A stretch of 63,939 nt of DNA, filler included, from Octopus bimaculoides (lineage: Eukaryota): NCBI RefSeq assembly GCF_001194135.2. It is 6 parts of 6 records of this genome, joined end to end, with 100 filler letters (N's around TTAATTAATTAA, not from the genome) between each part and the next. Parts side by side here need not be neighbours in the genome. Positions count along the whole stretch, not along the records: positions 1 to 27,800 come from NC_068983.1; 5 more parts are not named here. One strand, 5' to 3'. Under the pieces are notes generated by a model. It worked only from the letters and a program-made list of their open reading frames with translations, made no database searches and had not been told where the DNA came from. This document shows positions 1 to 12,659 of the stretch, one piece after another. Position 1 is the first letter of the stretch. Each line of letters opens with the position of its first letter. A program made the position numbers and the translations under genes.

Positions 1-140
1 ATGTAAATGTATATATATATAAACATGTATATATGTATATATATATATATATATATAAAAATGTATATCTATATATAAATGTATATATATACATGTATAT
101 AGATTTATATATTCATCCATTACATACATGTGTATGTTTG

Positions 141-180
<40 letters not shown>

Positions 181-260
181 CTCACACACACATATATACA
201 TGTGTATATATACATATATATATATTACATTTCATATTCATGATATATATGTAACATGTA
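1..260. repeat. (TA)n/(CA)n/(TG)n compound microsatellite
   Basis: Directly visible dinucleotide runs; these generate the spurious Y/I-rich ORFs. Similar tracts recur at 1290-1700, 5285-5660, 16090-16700, 22110-22410, 23400-23700, 48930-49250 and 58700-59270. Confidence 0.95.
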
Positions 261-1310
261 AACATGTATGCGTACATGTGATGCGTGTTTGTGAAAGAGG
301 GAGAGAGAGGGTGAAAGAGAAGCAGTTACAGAAATTGAGGGTGAAGAAGAAAAAAGTAGTGAGAGGGAGAAATTATACACATATACTTCATTATATTCAT
401 GTGTGCTTATTCTGTAATTTGCATATAACAAGATGCAGTAGGATAGAGTGCTAATATTCCCGATGCAGATGTATAACAGAAGCTTTCCAAGGCCATGTAT
501 TGTATAATGCTATCACAATATAAAACAAAGCTCTATTGAACCAGTTATTCATCTACTTCATTGGCAATCCTCTATCTACTATTATATAATTAATTTGGTT
601 TTAAATTTTTAAAATCAGCTATAGTTTTTGCACCTACTTTAATTAAGTACTATAGGAAATTAAATAGAATGCCATAATTCATGATAAATAACAATAACTA
701 AATATTTTACAATTGAATATTACTGATTATATGTGAAAAAAAATTATACATAATGGGTAACTGAAATATTTCCTGAAATTAAATTCTTAAGACGTATTTT
801 TTCTGGTAATACTTGTGGGTATTATCGAATACACATATACACACACACACACACATACATACATACATACACATATACACATGAAATCCTTATCATCATC
901 ATTTTATATCTGCTTTCCCATGTTGCCATGGGTTAAATATATTTTCATGAATCTAGTCCTGGCTGCCAAGACAGCACAGGGAACTTATATTACTCAACCA
1001 TTCCATTTTTAGCAGCTTTTTCAGTGGCTGGATGTCCTTCCTAATGCCATCAACTTTACAGAGTGTATCACAGATAATATAGTCTGTAAATGACAACATA
1101 AGGAACTTTATCATTTCATCATGGAACCAAGACTTGAGAGGCTTTCTCAGGCAAAAAAAAAACCCAAACAAATGTTGAAAAAATCTCCATTTGTGTTATT
1201 GCTGTTGATTTGCCAAAATCTTTGTTTATCACCCAGTGTGCTATGTGAGTGAGGTGCCTTGTGGAAATATATATTTAAAACTATGTATGTAGATAGATAG
1301 ATAAGTGTAT

Positions 1311-1344
<34 letters not shown>

Positions 1345-1449
1345 GTCTACATGTATATATATATATATATATATGTCTACATGTATATATATTATCTATA
1401 TATAAATATATATATATATATATATGATAGATCGCNNNNNNNNNNTATC

Positions 1450-1482
<33 letters not shown>

Positions 1483-1654
1483 GATAGATCGCTGACCACC
1501 ACATTTATATTTTTTTCTCCTTACGTCTTTCTGTTGAAGAGCATAGCTTGAAACGTTAAAGAGTTTCTCTATTCCTAAGCGTTAAACTAATACATCCTTT
1601 TGTTGTTTACACCACCTGTCCTCGTCTGTTGTTGTTTTTTTCATAAATTCTCCC

Positions 1655-1697
<43 letters not shown>

Positions 1698-2907
1698 ATA
1701 AAATTAGCATTGGCTCAATTCACAAACAATTTGTGATAGGAAGTTTGACACAATTTCTAATCTAATGTGTTACTACAATATAGCGTTCTTTATTTTAGGG
1801 AACACTCAAACAATTTATAGATCAAACAGAGCATAAAAAAAACATTCTTCAAAAACCAACAATTTTGCAGTTGGGGTAAAGATTATCAAATTCTCAATAG
1901 GACACCATTAATTCTGGGATGTTATGTCATAAAATATTTGTTTAGTTTGGGCTTCCCCTTCACATACAATATGTGTGAATGCTAGTTTCGGTGAGACTAC
2001 TGGCAGTATATAACCAGTTGGTTCAAATTTAAATAATCTTTGTATATGTTCTGGCATTTCCCAGTCAGGAAGGAGGTTATCTGCAACAAAAGCTGACGCT
2101 TGATAAATGGAGATAAAAATCACGTACAAATTTTTTATAATATCCAGTGTACTGATATATATTTCCAGTAAAAGTACTGGCAAAAAATATGGGAAGAAAG
2201 ACTGGTGAATATTTTACAATGCCAATAGTGGTGATGTAACCACTAGAAGAATTTGTGAAATGGTTTGAAGGCAACATAGAGGAAAGAGAAAAATGTCATA
2301 ACCAACTCAGTGTTTGATTTTAAAAACAGGACAGAGATTCCCTCCCAAGTCATACAGTCTCATAACACTGGTTTCCAGTTTCCATAGCACATGTATTAAA
2401 CCCCTAGATGGGATGCTGGTCTATCACAGAATTACTCATTTTTGTCAGCCGAGTGGACTGCAGCAATGTGCAGTGAACCATTCCTTCCAGCCTGTGGTGT
2501 TTCAGTGGCTTCTGACAGTGAATTTCTTGTCATCATTGGTGGCAAGCCTTACTAAGGTGTAAGGCAATGCTTGTGAGGGTGCTTGGCTGTTCCAACAAAC
2601 TAGCCTCACTATCACCTGTTGAAATGCTGTGCGCATGTTAGCTTGCTTCAGTAGGTTCCATTGAACCTTCAATTTTTCTTTATTTTTCTTTCTTTCTTTC
2701 TTTCTTCCTCTTTTTCCTCGATTTATTTCTGCTTTTTCTCTATCTTTCTTTGCTCATGCCTGTGTTTTCTTCAGTTATGGATTTGCATTTTAATGTGGCT
2801 TTGTGTTGTATATGTATCATATACATACATGCTATATTCCAATAAAAGATAAATGTGGCATGAGCTGGATATATTTTTAAAATTTAAGTCATAGGGAGAT
2901 AAGTCAA

Positions 2908-3275
2908 ACTGTGTAATACGAAATGTGCTTCCCAACCACATGATTCCAGGTTCAGTCCCATTGTTTGGCACCTTGAGCAAGTTTCCTCCAGGGTGACTAA
3001 AGCCTTGTAAGTGGATTTAATAAACGGAAACTGAAAGCAAACAATGTGTATGTATGCGTTTGTGTCTCCTTGTCTTGACAATGTGTGATAAATGATAATG
3101 ATTAATTCTGACATACAAACAATATATGTCTCACCAGGGGGAAATATTACCTTGCTTGGAAACAGGTGGGGGTTAGCAAAAGGAAGAGCATCTGGCCATA
3201 GAAAATCTGCCTCAATAAACTCTGTTCAGCCAATGCGAGCAGGGAGAAGTGGCTGTTAAAATTATGAAGGTAATG
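2908..3275 (+). mobile_element. tRNA-derived CORE-type SINE (OR1/OR2-like head) with RTE-like 3' tail, degenerate
   Basis: Head CTTCCCAACCACATGATTCCAGGTTCAGTCCC, CORE-like CACCTTGAGCAAGT, GGAAGAGCATCTGG..AGAAAATCTG motif and a tail ending in TGAT-like repeats. Confidence 0.65.
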
Positions 3276-3344
3276 ATTAAAGTTGATAAAGAGTAGTATA
3301 AAATGTGCAAAATATGCTTTTATAGAATAATGTTACTATCACAG

Positions 3345-3580
3345 TAATCTCAGTTCTATCTTTAAGAGATGAGAGATTATGTACATTATTTACATTTAAC
3401 GGATATTTCTCCTCATCTTGTTTGTTGTTAACACAATGTTTCAGCTGATATACCCTCCAGCATTCATCAGGTGAGTTGGGGAAATTTCGAAACTGGGTTC
3501 TCATTCCTAAGGTATTTTTCAATGTTATTATCATTATTATTATCAATATTATAATTCAGGTCAAAACTTTGAATTGAACT
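3345..3580 (-). mobile_element. Body and tail of a hammerhead-bearing SINE-like repeat (inverted copy)
   Basis: The reverse complement aligns with 3645-3830 (GACCTGAATTAT..(AAT)n..ACATTGAAAAA..GAATGAGAAC..GGGTATATCAGC..AACAACAAACAAGATGAGG..AAATGTAAATAATGTA). Confidence 0.75.
3430..3475 (-). ncRNA. Minimal type I hammerhead ribozyme motif (PLE-type), partly decayed
   Basis: Minus strand reads TCAC-CTGATGA-AT-GCTG-GAGGGTATAT-CAGC-T-GAAA-C-ATT-GTGTT. Both core boxes are intact, with stem II GCTG/CAGC and stem I CAC/GTG. Stem III is imperfect (AACATT instead of palindromic AACGTT). Confidence 0.65.
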
Positions 3581-3584
3581 CGGA

Positions 3585-3830
3585 ATCTTGTGGTTAAGAG
3601 CACGAGCTACTAACTCCAAGATTATGAGTTCGATTCCAGGTAGTGACCTGAATTATGATAATGATAATAATAATAATAACATTGAAAAAAGCTTTGAGAA
3701 TGAGAACACAGGTTCGCATTTTTCCCAAGAAACCAAATGAATGCTGGTGGGTATATCAGCCAAAATGTTGTGCTAACAACAAACAAGATGAGGACAAATA
3801 TCCATCAAATGTAAATAATGTAGACAGTAA
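3585..3830 (+). mobile_element. tRNA-headed SINE-like repeat with (AAT)n linker and degenerate hammerhead tail
   Basis: GTGGTTAAGAGCAC head, B-box GTTCGATTC at 3628-3636, (AAT)n linker, then a body homologous to 3345-3580. The hammerhead boxes are mutated (CAAATGA...AAAA). Confidence 0.7.
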
Positions 3831-4461
3831 TCTCATCCTTCAGAATTGGTTATCATTATACATAATATTAAATAGCAATATAGTGTGATGTAATGTGTCT
3901 GTGTAACTAGAAATCAAAAATATCTGAGGATTATATTTTTCAGTGAAGAATAAATAAAACATAAATTCAGGAGAGGTGTGAGGTGATTTCCATATGATTA
4001 CAGCTGTTTTGTAACCTTCTTCATGTTGCATTGATTTTTGCATGCAAAAATTATACTAGCATGTATACATTAATATGTTCAACACTATACAATTGTTTAT
4101 TCAAAAATTAATGCAAATACAGAAAGCTAACACAACACATCACTGGAACATCGTGGTTACATCTAAAGCATAGATGGCAGGAATTGCATTGTAAAATAGT
4201 GAATAGACACAGTGATTCAAACATGTAGGTATCAATTTTACATATTGAAACCGATACTTGACGTTTACATGCCTATACTGATATGTATGTATATATGCAT
4301 GTATGAACATACATTCATGTATATATGTGTGTGCATATCTGCATATGCATGGTGCTTCTTGCTGATGATGTCACATATGCCTTGTCCATTGCCATATCTG
4401 GAGATTAAATGACTAATATTCAAAACAATATGCATATATGTTAGCAATTACACACTCTTAC

Positions 4462-4697
4462 CTTGTTTACAATGTACACTATGCTGTGCTTCCAACACTG
4501 TTCGGTTTTAAGTCTGTGTAACGTGCCACGTGTGCAAGTAGTTCCCGTCTGTGAATTAATTTTTGAGTGGGTAGAGTGTTTCTGAGCACAGACACCATTT
4601 TTCAGCGCAATCAGATATCATGCCAGTGGTACAAAAGAGGTTGAGGCGAGCAGAAGTTTAATGCACTTCAGGTCGATTTATAAGAGTTAACTTTCAC
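4462..4697 (-). other. Candidate exon (stop-containing or 3' UTR) of an unidentified minus-strand transcript
   Basis: Acceptor TTTTTGTTTCTAG| and donor AAG|GTAAGA. Entered in phase 1 it reads G-E-S-stop, and all three frames close early. Confidence 0.35.
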
Positions 4698-4912
4698 CTA
4701 GAAACAAAAACTAATGGGAATTGAGAGTTCTTTACTTTCAGCAGTGAAGAGTTACTTATTTCCAGCTGTTAGATATCCACACCTGAATAGATTTTTCTTT
4801 TTCATCCTGCAGGGGGTCAAATGAAGACCATTCTCTTTATTGAGCAACTTTGGTAGGGATGTGTACTTGGTCACCAATGTCCCGAAATTGTGACAAATAA
4901 TACTGGGTTACA

Positions 4913-5283
4913 TGTGAACAGTATCAATATGGTTTCCGAGCAAGAAGCTGACTGACTCAGCTGTTACAACACTATGTCTGGGTTTTGAAACAGTTGCTCT
5001 ACCATTCAAATGTTGATGTGATATATCTCGACTTTGCAAAGGCCTTCGATAAAGAGGATCATGGAATGATATGTCAAAAACTGCCTGATCTTGGCACAGT
5101 TGGGAAAGTGGTAGAATAGCTACATGACTTTCTGAAGGATACGCAAATATTGAACAGCGTTTCGCACTTAACAGCCCTCTCAGATATGCCCTCATCCAAA
5201 CTGAGATCCACGATCACAAGTTATGCAGATGATACAAAGTTTCACAGGTGATACAGAACCCTGAAAATTATGGACCTGCAATT
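4913..5283 (+). mobile_element. CR1/L2-group LINE reverse transcriptase fragment, internally deleted, with stops
   Basis: Translates QYQYGFRARS*LTQLLQHY...NVDVIYLDFAKAFDK.DHG...KL and then TITSYADDTKV. These are the RT motifs YLDFAKAFDK and YADD. Confidence 0.9.
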
Positions 5284-6426
5284 TATATATGTGTGTATAT
5301 ATATAAATGTATATGTACATGTATATCTATATGTGTATGTACATATGTATATATATATGTGTGTGTGTGTGTGTGTATGTACATGTGTATACATATATAG
5401 AAATATCTGCTTATATATATATATGTTTATGTGTATATATATATATACATGTATATGCTTATATGTATATATATGTATATGTTTATGAATATATATATGT
5501 ATATAATTATGTATATGTTTACATATGTGTATGTGTGTATATATGTGTGTATAAGCATATAAATATGTGTGTATAAGCATATAAATATGTGTATAGGTGT
5601 GTATACATATATTTATATATATATATATGTGTTTGTGTGTACATGTGTATATATATATGACTGCAGCTATGCTGGTACACTGCCTTTTTTCAAAGAAATA
5701 GACACTAGGACTTATTTTTGGTATGCCACGTGTTTATGTTATCTTCCTGTATTTTTCTGAACTACTAAGTTATAGGTACATAACCACAGCATCATCAGAT
5801 GTCAAGTGATGTTTGAGGGACAAACACAGTAACAAATAAAATATACATACATATATATATATAAATGTATATGTATATATGTATTTATGCATACGTACAT
5901 TCAAATATATATATATATATNNNNNNNNNNNNNNNNNNNNNNNNNNNNNNNNNNNNNNNNNNNNNNNNNNNNNNNNNNNNNNNNNNNNNNNNNNNNNNNN
6001 NNNNNNNNNNNNNNNNNNNNNNNNNNNNNNNNNNNNNNNNNNNNNNNNNNNNNNNNNNNNNNNNNNNNNNNNNNNNNNNNNNNNNNNNNNNNNNNNNNNN
6101 NNNNNNNNNNNNNNNNNNNNNNNNNNNNNNNNNNNNNNNNNNNNNNNNNNNNNNNNNNNNNNNNNNNNNNNNNNNNNNNNNNNNNNNNNNNNNNNNNNNN
6201 NNNNNNNNNNNNNNNNNNNNNNNNNNNNNNNNNNNNNNNNNNNNNNNNNNNNNNNNNNNNNNNNNNNNNNNNNNNNNNNNNNNNNNNNNNNNNNNNNNNN
6301 NNNNNNNNNNNNNNNNNNNNNNNNNNNNNNNNNNNNNNNNNNNNNNNNNNNNNNNNNNNNNNNNNNNNNNNNNNNNNNNNNNNNNNNNNNNNNNNNNNNN
6401 NNNNNNNNNNNNNNNNNNNNNNNNNN

Positions 6427-6459
<33 letters not shown>

Positions 6460-6932
6460 TTCTGCTGTGGAGTCATGTGGAAATAAATGTAGCTATGTTT
6501 ATTTTCCTATGCACATTGGTTTGAATGTCAGTATATCTCTATATATAGTTTTATCTATATATAATATGGGCGGTGGAAATGTATATGAGAACAATCTCAT
6601 GTGTCCAAATACTCACATAATTCCCAGTGGAAGCATAAAGTTATTAATACTTACATCCAAACATTTTCTCGTGCAGAAATTTCACTGGGTTTATAGAAGG
6701 ACCTGCTTTATGAATGCTTGGAGAGAAAGACAACACAAATTACTTCTTAAAATAAAAATATAATGGTGGCAGCCAAGCTCTTATAATTATGTAACTACAA
6801 CAAAGTTTATTTATTTGAGTATGTGCCGGCATGTGTGTGTTTTCAGAAATTTGCTTCCCAAACACAGTTTCATATTTAATGTCTCTGTGTAACAACTTTG
6901 GGAAGTGTCTTCTCCTATATCATTGGGCTTAC

Positions 6933-6977
6933 CAAAGACTTGGGAGTTTTTTGGGTGTTTTTTTCGGTGAACAGCAG
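6933..6977 (-). CDS. Candidate 45-nt coding exon (AAVHRKKHPKNSQVFG), product unknown
   Basis: Acceptor GTTTCCTTTCAG| and donor TTTG|GTAAGC. Phase 1 to 1, open and compatible with the exon at 7354-7417. Confidence 0.4.
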
Positions 6978-7353
6978 CTGAAAGGAAACTGTCATGTGAG
7001 TGTAAATACCTACGCACATACTTACATACATTTGTGTGGGTGTTTGTTACTGTCTCCTTACCAGCTTCTCATCACATGCCCTGTCTCCTTATCAGGCTTC
7101 TCATCACATGCCAGTTGTAAATGTGTGTACATAATGTTTGTGGTGTCCTTTATTGTTGGTACACTGTGGAAATATGTCTTGTTGAAGGGAAATATTTTTC
7201 TTACTTGGAAGCAGGTAACTGTTAGCAACAGAAAATCCATGTATCTGTAGCAAATCCATCTCAAAACATTCCGTCCAACCCATGCAAGCATGGAAAAGTG
7301 GACATTAATACAGCAATGATGACGATGATAATTACAATGATCAAATATCTCAC

Positions 7354-7417
7354 CTCCTTCAATCTTCAGAATTTCTTTCGGGTTACTCAATAAACAAGAA
7401 ATCACTGACAAATCTCC
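7354..7417 (-). CDS. Candidate 64-nt coding exon (GDLSVISCLLSNPKEILKIEG), product unknown
   Basis: Acceptor ATATTTTCAG| and donor GGAG|GTGAGA. Phase 0 to 1, open. Confidence 0.4.
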
Positions 7418-9094
7418 CTGAAAATATTGTTTTAAAGTTTTTTTTAAATACCCAGTCTTAGTAGATACACAGTTTTAGTAGATTCAATGTGTTTAATCAT
7501 CTTGTTAATGACACTGAAGGAACTTCCTTATATAAAGATGTGTTTACAGGCATATACCATACAAGGAGATGTGCATACAGAGAAGGACAACACACTGAAT
7601 ATGTGTTTATAGAGAAGGAAAACAATACCATATATAGAATTGTATTTACTACAAGTGATAGGCACATTATTATATATAGATGTATGTTTACAAAGCAGAA
7701 AGACATTGCCATATACAGAAATGTGTTACAAAGGGTGAATACATAACACAATATATGGGGATGGTTTTTTGGAAAGAAAAAAATGCACACAATACTTCAC
7801 ACGCAAATGCCTCCACAGAGGAGAAGGTCACAATATCATATATATGTAGGGTTGTTTAATGTGTTAAAGAAAATTTAATGACTTTATTAGTCATCACATT
7901 AATACTTGAATTTAGCAGATAACATCTGAATAGTAATGGTCAAATGATTCCTTAAGAATCACTAAGTGGCAGTTATTTATTTTTATATACATACAGTATT
8001 GTACAATAAATTGGTATAGCCTACTACTTGTAATTTTCTAGAAATACTTCCTACAAAACTCATAAACCCTTGACTAGCAACATAATTGACGAATTATTTT
8101 TGATGTAAGAGACTGTTTGGGGTCTATTTAATGTAAATTTGGACTTACGTACACAGAAATAGAATAATTTACAACATTCTTTATACACTAGAGGCATGAA
8201 CATACGTGAATATCACTAGTTAGTTAGAAATAGTTTGTAAGTAAATTTTAAGTATAAACATTGTAGGAAAAGTAGCAGTGAAAATGTACACATCTCCATA
8301 TTTATTCATGGAAACAAAATTCTGCAAAAAAACTTGTTCACATACATAATTTCACCCACACATGCATTTATATTAAATGATACTCAAACACTATGATATA
8401 TTCATTATAAAACATATACACATACACGTGTGTATGTGTGTGTTTGTGTGCACTTGACTGAGGGGATAAATTCCTACATCAGAAAATGTCAATAATTTTA
8501 ATTGTTCATTTACAGAAACAATCATAATGTTGATTCCTCCTTTCTCCATTTAAATTATCAACAACATTAACATAACATTTGTTTTTTATGTACTTACACA
8601 CATCTTACATACATACGTACCTGTGGTGTGTGTCACGCTTACTTCAAAGGAAGGGGTAAAAAGGTTGAAGGGTGAGATACAAAGAAAAGAGAAATAGAAG
8701 GTGTTAAGCAGAGGAGGCATAGAGGAGAACAGAGACGAAGTGTGAGAGACAGTGAGTGGTGATTGAAATCAAGGTAGCATTTCATTATTGTTTTTGAAAT
8801 GTTTATCACATCAAAAGAAAAATAGATACATACACACATTGTTAAAGTAAAAGTGGGAGAGAGGATTGACAGAAAGTCAGAGAGAAAGAGAGAGAGACAG
8901 TGAGTGGTGACTGAAAGGAAGGTGGCATTCGTTTTGTGTTTTTAAATGTTTATCAGTATTTTCAGAATAGACTGATACATAGATTGAATGAAAAGTAGAT
9001 ACATAGATACATAGACACCTTATTGTATCAAAGACATATAACTACAGCAAATATTGTATATCACTTTCACTTTTCATTACCACACAATGTTAAA

Positions 9095-9220
9095 ATTAAC
9101 GTGCAAGTGGCAGAGTACTCTACAGACATGCATACCATTAACGTAGTTCTCAGCCTTGCCCAGAATGTGACAATCAGGCCCCTAATTTTGGTCAGCTGAG
9201 TAGACTGGAGCAAGATAAAC
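9095..9220 (-). mobile_element. tRNA-SINE 3' fragment (same tail as 56098-56420 and 61245-61530)
   Basis: AATTAACGTGCAAGTGGCAGAGTACTCTACAGAC...CAGCTGAGTAGACTGGAGCAA matches those copies. Confidence 0.65.
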
Positions 9221-9254
9221 CTTCAAGTGGTTGGAAGAAAACGAAGAAAGATTC

Positions 9255-9520
9255 TATATAGGGGCAGGAACCCCGTTTTAGTCGCTAGGGTCAATATGGG
9301 TGCTAATCCAGTCCTAACAGTGGCATTTGTTGGTCTCACAGATCAGGATGCCAAGCCCAAGATAAACACCGAAAGGAGACACTCATTTTTTTTCCAGGTG
9401 AGTGGGCTGCAACAAGGTGAAGCAGAGTACCTTGCTCAAGACCATAGCACACTGCAGGGAATCATACTCATGACCTTAAGACCATGGGCTGAATACCCCT
9501 AACCACTAAGCCATGCACCA
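9255..9520 (-). mobile_element. tRNA-SINE with the shared head/core and a third tail type
   Basis: Ends in CCTAACCACTAAGCCATGCACC (reverse complement of the tRNA head) and carries CCTTGCTCAAG and ACTCATTTTTT, like 21340-21585. The distal part differs. Confidence 0.6.
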
Positions 9521-9971
9521 TCATTTTCTTAACCATAGAGAAAAGGAATGAAGCAAGAGAGACAGAAAAAGGAAAGCATCGGTCATTTACAATATCAGAC
9601 TGAAATACGATCGATCTTTTCTAGCTTTTTTTACTTTTAACAATGAAGAAGAGGGAAAGATATTTAGTAATGAATAGAGGGAAAGTCTTTCAGATGTTTA
9701 GGTTTTCATTCTGAGAGTTCTAGATGGATCGAATGTTGATTCTTTCTTGTTTCCCCCTTATTCGCCTTATTTGATAGTTCTCCATGTCTTTACTTGGGAG
9801 GAAAAGACCATGCTTTTTTNNNNNNNNNNNNNNNNNNNNNNNNNNNNNNNNNNNNNNNNNNNNNNNNNNNNNNNNNNNNNNNNNNNNNNNNNNNNNNNNN
9901 NNNNNNNNNNNNNNNNNNNNNNNNNNNNNNNNNNNNNNNNNNNNNNNNNNNNNNNNNNNNNNNNNNNNNNN

Positions 9972-10034
<63 letters not shown>

Positions 10035-10260
10035 TGAGTATATTTATGTGTGTGTTTGTCCCCCAACTACTGTTGCTTGACAACCAATTTTGTTGTGTTT
10101 GCATCCCTGTACCTTAGTGGTTCAGCAGAAGAGACTGATAGAATAAGCACCAGGTTTACAGAGAATAAGTCCAGGGGTCAATTTCTTCGACTAAAGGGTG
10201 GTACTCTAGCATGGCCACAGTCAAATGACTCAAACAAGTAAAGAATGAAATAAATAAAGA
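10035..10260 (+). mobile_element. CORE-SINE 3' half following a (GATA)n tract
   Basis: TGTTTGTCCCCCAAC..GCTTGACAACC..TTAGTGGTTCAGCAGAAGAGACTGATAGAATAAG..AGCATGGCCACAGTCAAATGACT matches the reverse complement of 24584-24790. Confidence 0.75.
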
Positions 10261-11393
10261 ATATCAGCAGCACGTTCCGTACCACTAAAATGTTTCTTTG
10301 AATATGTACAATGCATTTTAAGGGTAAATAGTAATCCTGTTTACATTTGCGCAACTGAGATATTTCGATTGGATTATATAGTTATCGGTTTTACACGTCT
10401 TTCTATATTCTGTGTTACAGTATTGAAACATTTCTCATGGCACTAGCACACAATTTACAGTTGCTTACATTTCCATGTTTTCTGTGAAGTTTTCACAGGT
10501 CCTGTTCATTATTATTATTATTATCATCAATTTCATATTTATATCATCAATTTGATACATATATATCATTAATAATATATATCAAATTGATGATAAAAAT
10601 AATCTAAATGAGGAAAGAAGAAACCAACAATATGATTGTTTCAGTAAATGAGCAATNNNNNNNNNNTATATGCAATGATAGTTGTGTGGTAAGGTATTTG
10701 CCTCCTAACTACATGGTTCCAGGTTTAGTTGAACTGCATGACACCTTAGGCAAGTATCTTCAACTGTATTCTCATGCTGATGAAGTCTTTGTGACTAGAT
10801 TTTATAGACAGTAACTAAAAGAAGCCTGTTGCATATATATACATATATATTGTACAAAGTAATATATATGTATGTAAATATGTATATATCTGAATGTGTG
10901 TTTGTCCACACCACTCATTCTGTTTACACCTCTGTAGAGAAACTGACTGAATAAATACCAGGCTTAAAATGTAAGTACGCAATAAATTCATGCAACAAAA
11001 AATTCTTCAAGACAAAAATAAAAATATGTATGGTCATGCGTGTGTCTCTCTGTACACACTATGGTATGACTATGTGAGTGCCATTGAGGTAAATAATTAT
11101 GTCAATACCAGGATATGTCACAATAAATGAGCAACTTGTTATTTAATCATTATATTTATTTATGGTTATTACAGCCTGTGTATCTGCATCGCATAATTAC
11201 ATGTTTAGTAACACAAATACATTTTGTGGTTGTATGCATTGGAGTGTACTGGATTATATGGAGCTTGAAATAAATGATTATGTATTGAGCTTTAAAGAGA
11301 CATATTAATGACAAATGATGTTTGCAGGTGTATGTGTTTGAGTATACAAACAAAATGTTATTCAAATGTACTAGATATTATTTATTTACTTAC

Positions 11394-11418
11394 GGTAGAT
11401 AATTCATTCACTCTGACA
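11394..11418 (-). CDS. Candidate 25-nt micro-exon (xVRVNELST), product unknown
   Basis: Acceptor CGTTTTTCAG| and donor ACC|GTAAGT. Phase 2 to 0, compatible with 7354-7417. Confidence 0.33.
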
Positions 11419-12499
11419 CTGAAAAACGTTTATCAAACTATAGGATCTTCTAGGTGGCAAAATTATTTCACTTAATGATCATACATGCAAGGCCTCTTAG
11501 CAGCATTATAAGCGCCTGAGAAATTAAATGAACTGCACCCTGTAATATTTACTTATTGACAACAAGTCACAGCTAACACAGAGCACAATTACGTCCCAAG
11601 ACCCATATAGCACCCGAGAATCTGTTCAGAGTGCCTTTAGGACAACACTGCGTGCATGGTGAGTAACATCAGAGTAAAGTTATGTACACATATATGGTGA
11701 TTGCTCCATCTTCATGGAGGATTGTCATATCCTTGTGCTTCTTCATTGTCAATGGCATTTCTGACTTTCCATTCATGACCTCTCAGATGATCATTCAGTT
11801 TTATTGTCAATCTGTGTGGTTTGAAGCATAGATGAAAGATGAAAGTTGTATCTTGATGAGTACTTCAAACTGGTTAGGTCTGCACATATCACCACTCTTC
11901 TATCACTATATGGCTTTCAGCAGATAGAACAAATGAGGTTACCATAAATAAATATCTGTATATCACTGGAATACTATTATAAATGCTTGTACAACACAAG
12001 TATCACTCTCTGAATCTCTGTGATTAGTTCTTAGTGACAAGCTGAAGTAAGATGGCCATTAATCACATGAATCTGTAGGTTTTGTATCAGACCATCCCTC
12101 TTGTAGAAGGTTGTTGTGACAGAAGCTCAGAATCCCTCATCCCTAGTGGTTTTATTGTATGCCCTAATAACTAAGTGTATTTTTACATCCTCACACTCAG
12201 ATGGATTGTCATCACATATGCTAGATATCCCACAACAGTGACCCTGACATGTACTGTTTACATATATATACCTATAGTCAGGCAAAACGTCAGGCAGACA
12301 GATAGACAAAAAGGCAGAAATGAGGATGTGAACAAATTGGAAAGAGGTTCAATAAAACATACGAAAGTCAATTAGAACCTAGTTAATGCAAGAAAGGAGT
12401 GAATTTCGATGCTAGTAGATTTTTGAGAGAGCAGGAGATTTACATCAATAGGTTTCAGTTTTTTGTTGGACAAATTTAGAAGTATTTGATTCAGTTTGG

Positions 12500-12593
<94 letters not shown>

Positions 12594-12659
12594 ACATGAA
12601 GATCAGAATAGAATACTACATGATAACATAACATGAGAAAAGACACAGACGAGAGTCAG

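Noticed and set aside
1908-2277. Protein-like ORFs (DNLLPDWEMPEHIQRLFKFEPTGY...) on the minus strand
   Set aside because: An acceptor is plausible, but there is no recognisable homology and no reliable frame link to the other candidate exons. It is more likely 3' UTR or chance; left uncalled.
8740-8990. ~90-nt direct repeat (GAGAGACAGTGAGTGGTGA...AATGTTTATCA)
   Set aside because: It is an ordinary local duplication in purine-rich sequence with no further structure.
11650-12150. Possible additional LINE RT fragment on the minus strand
   Set aside because: No diagnostic motif could be read with confidence.
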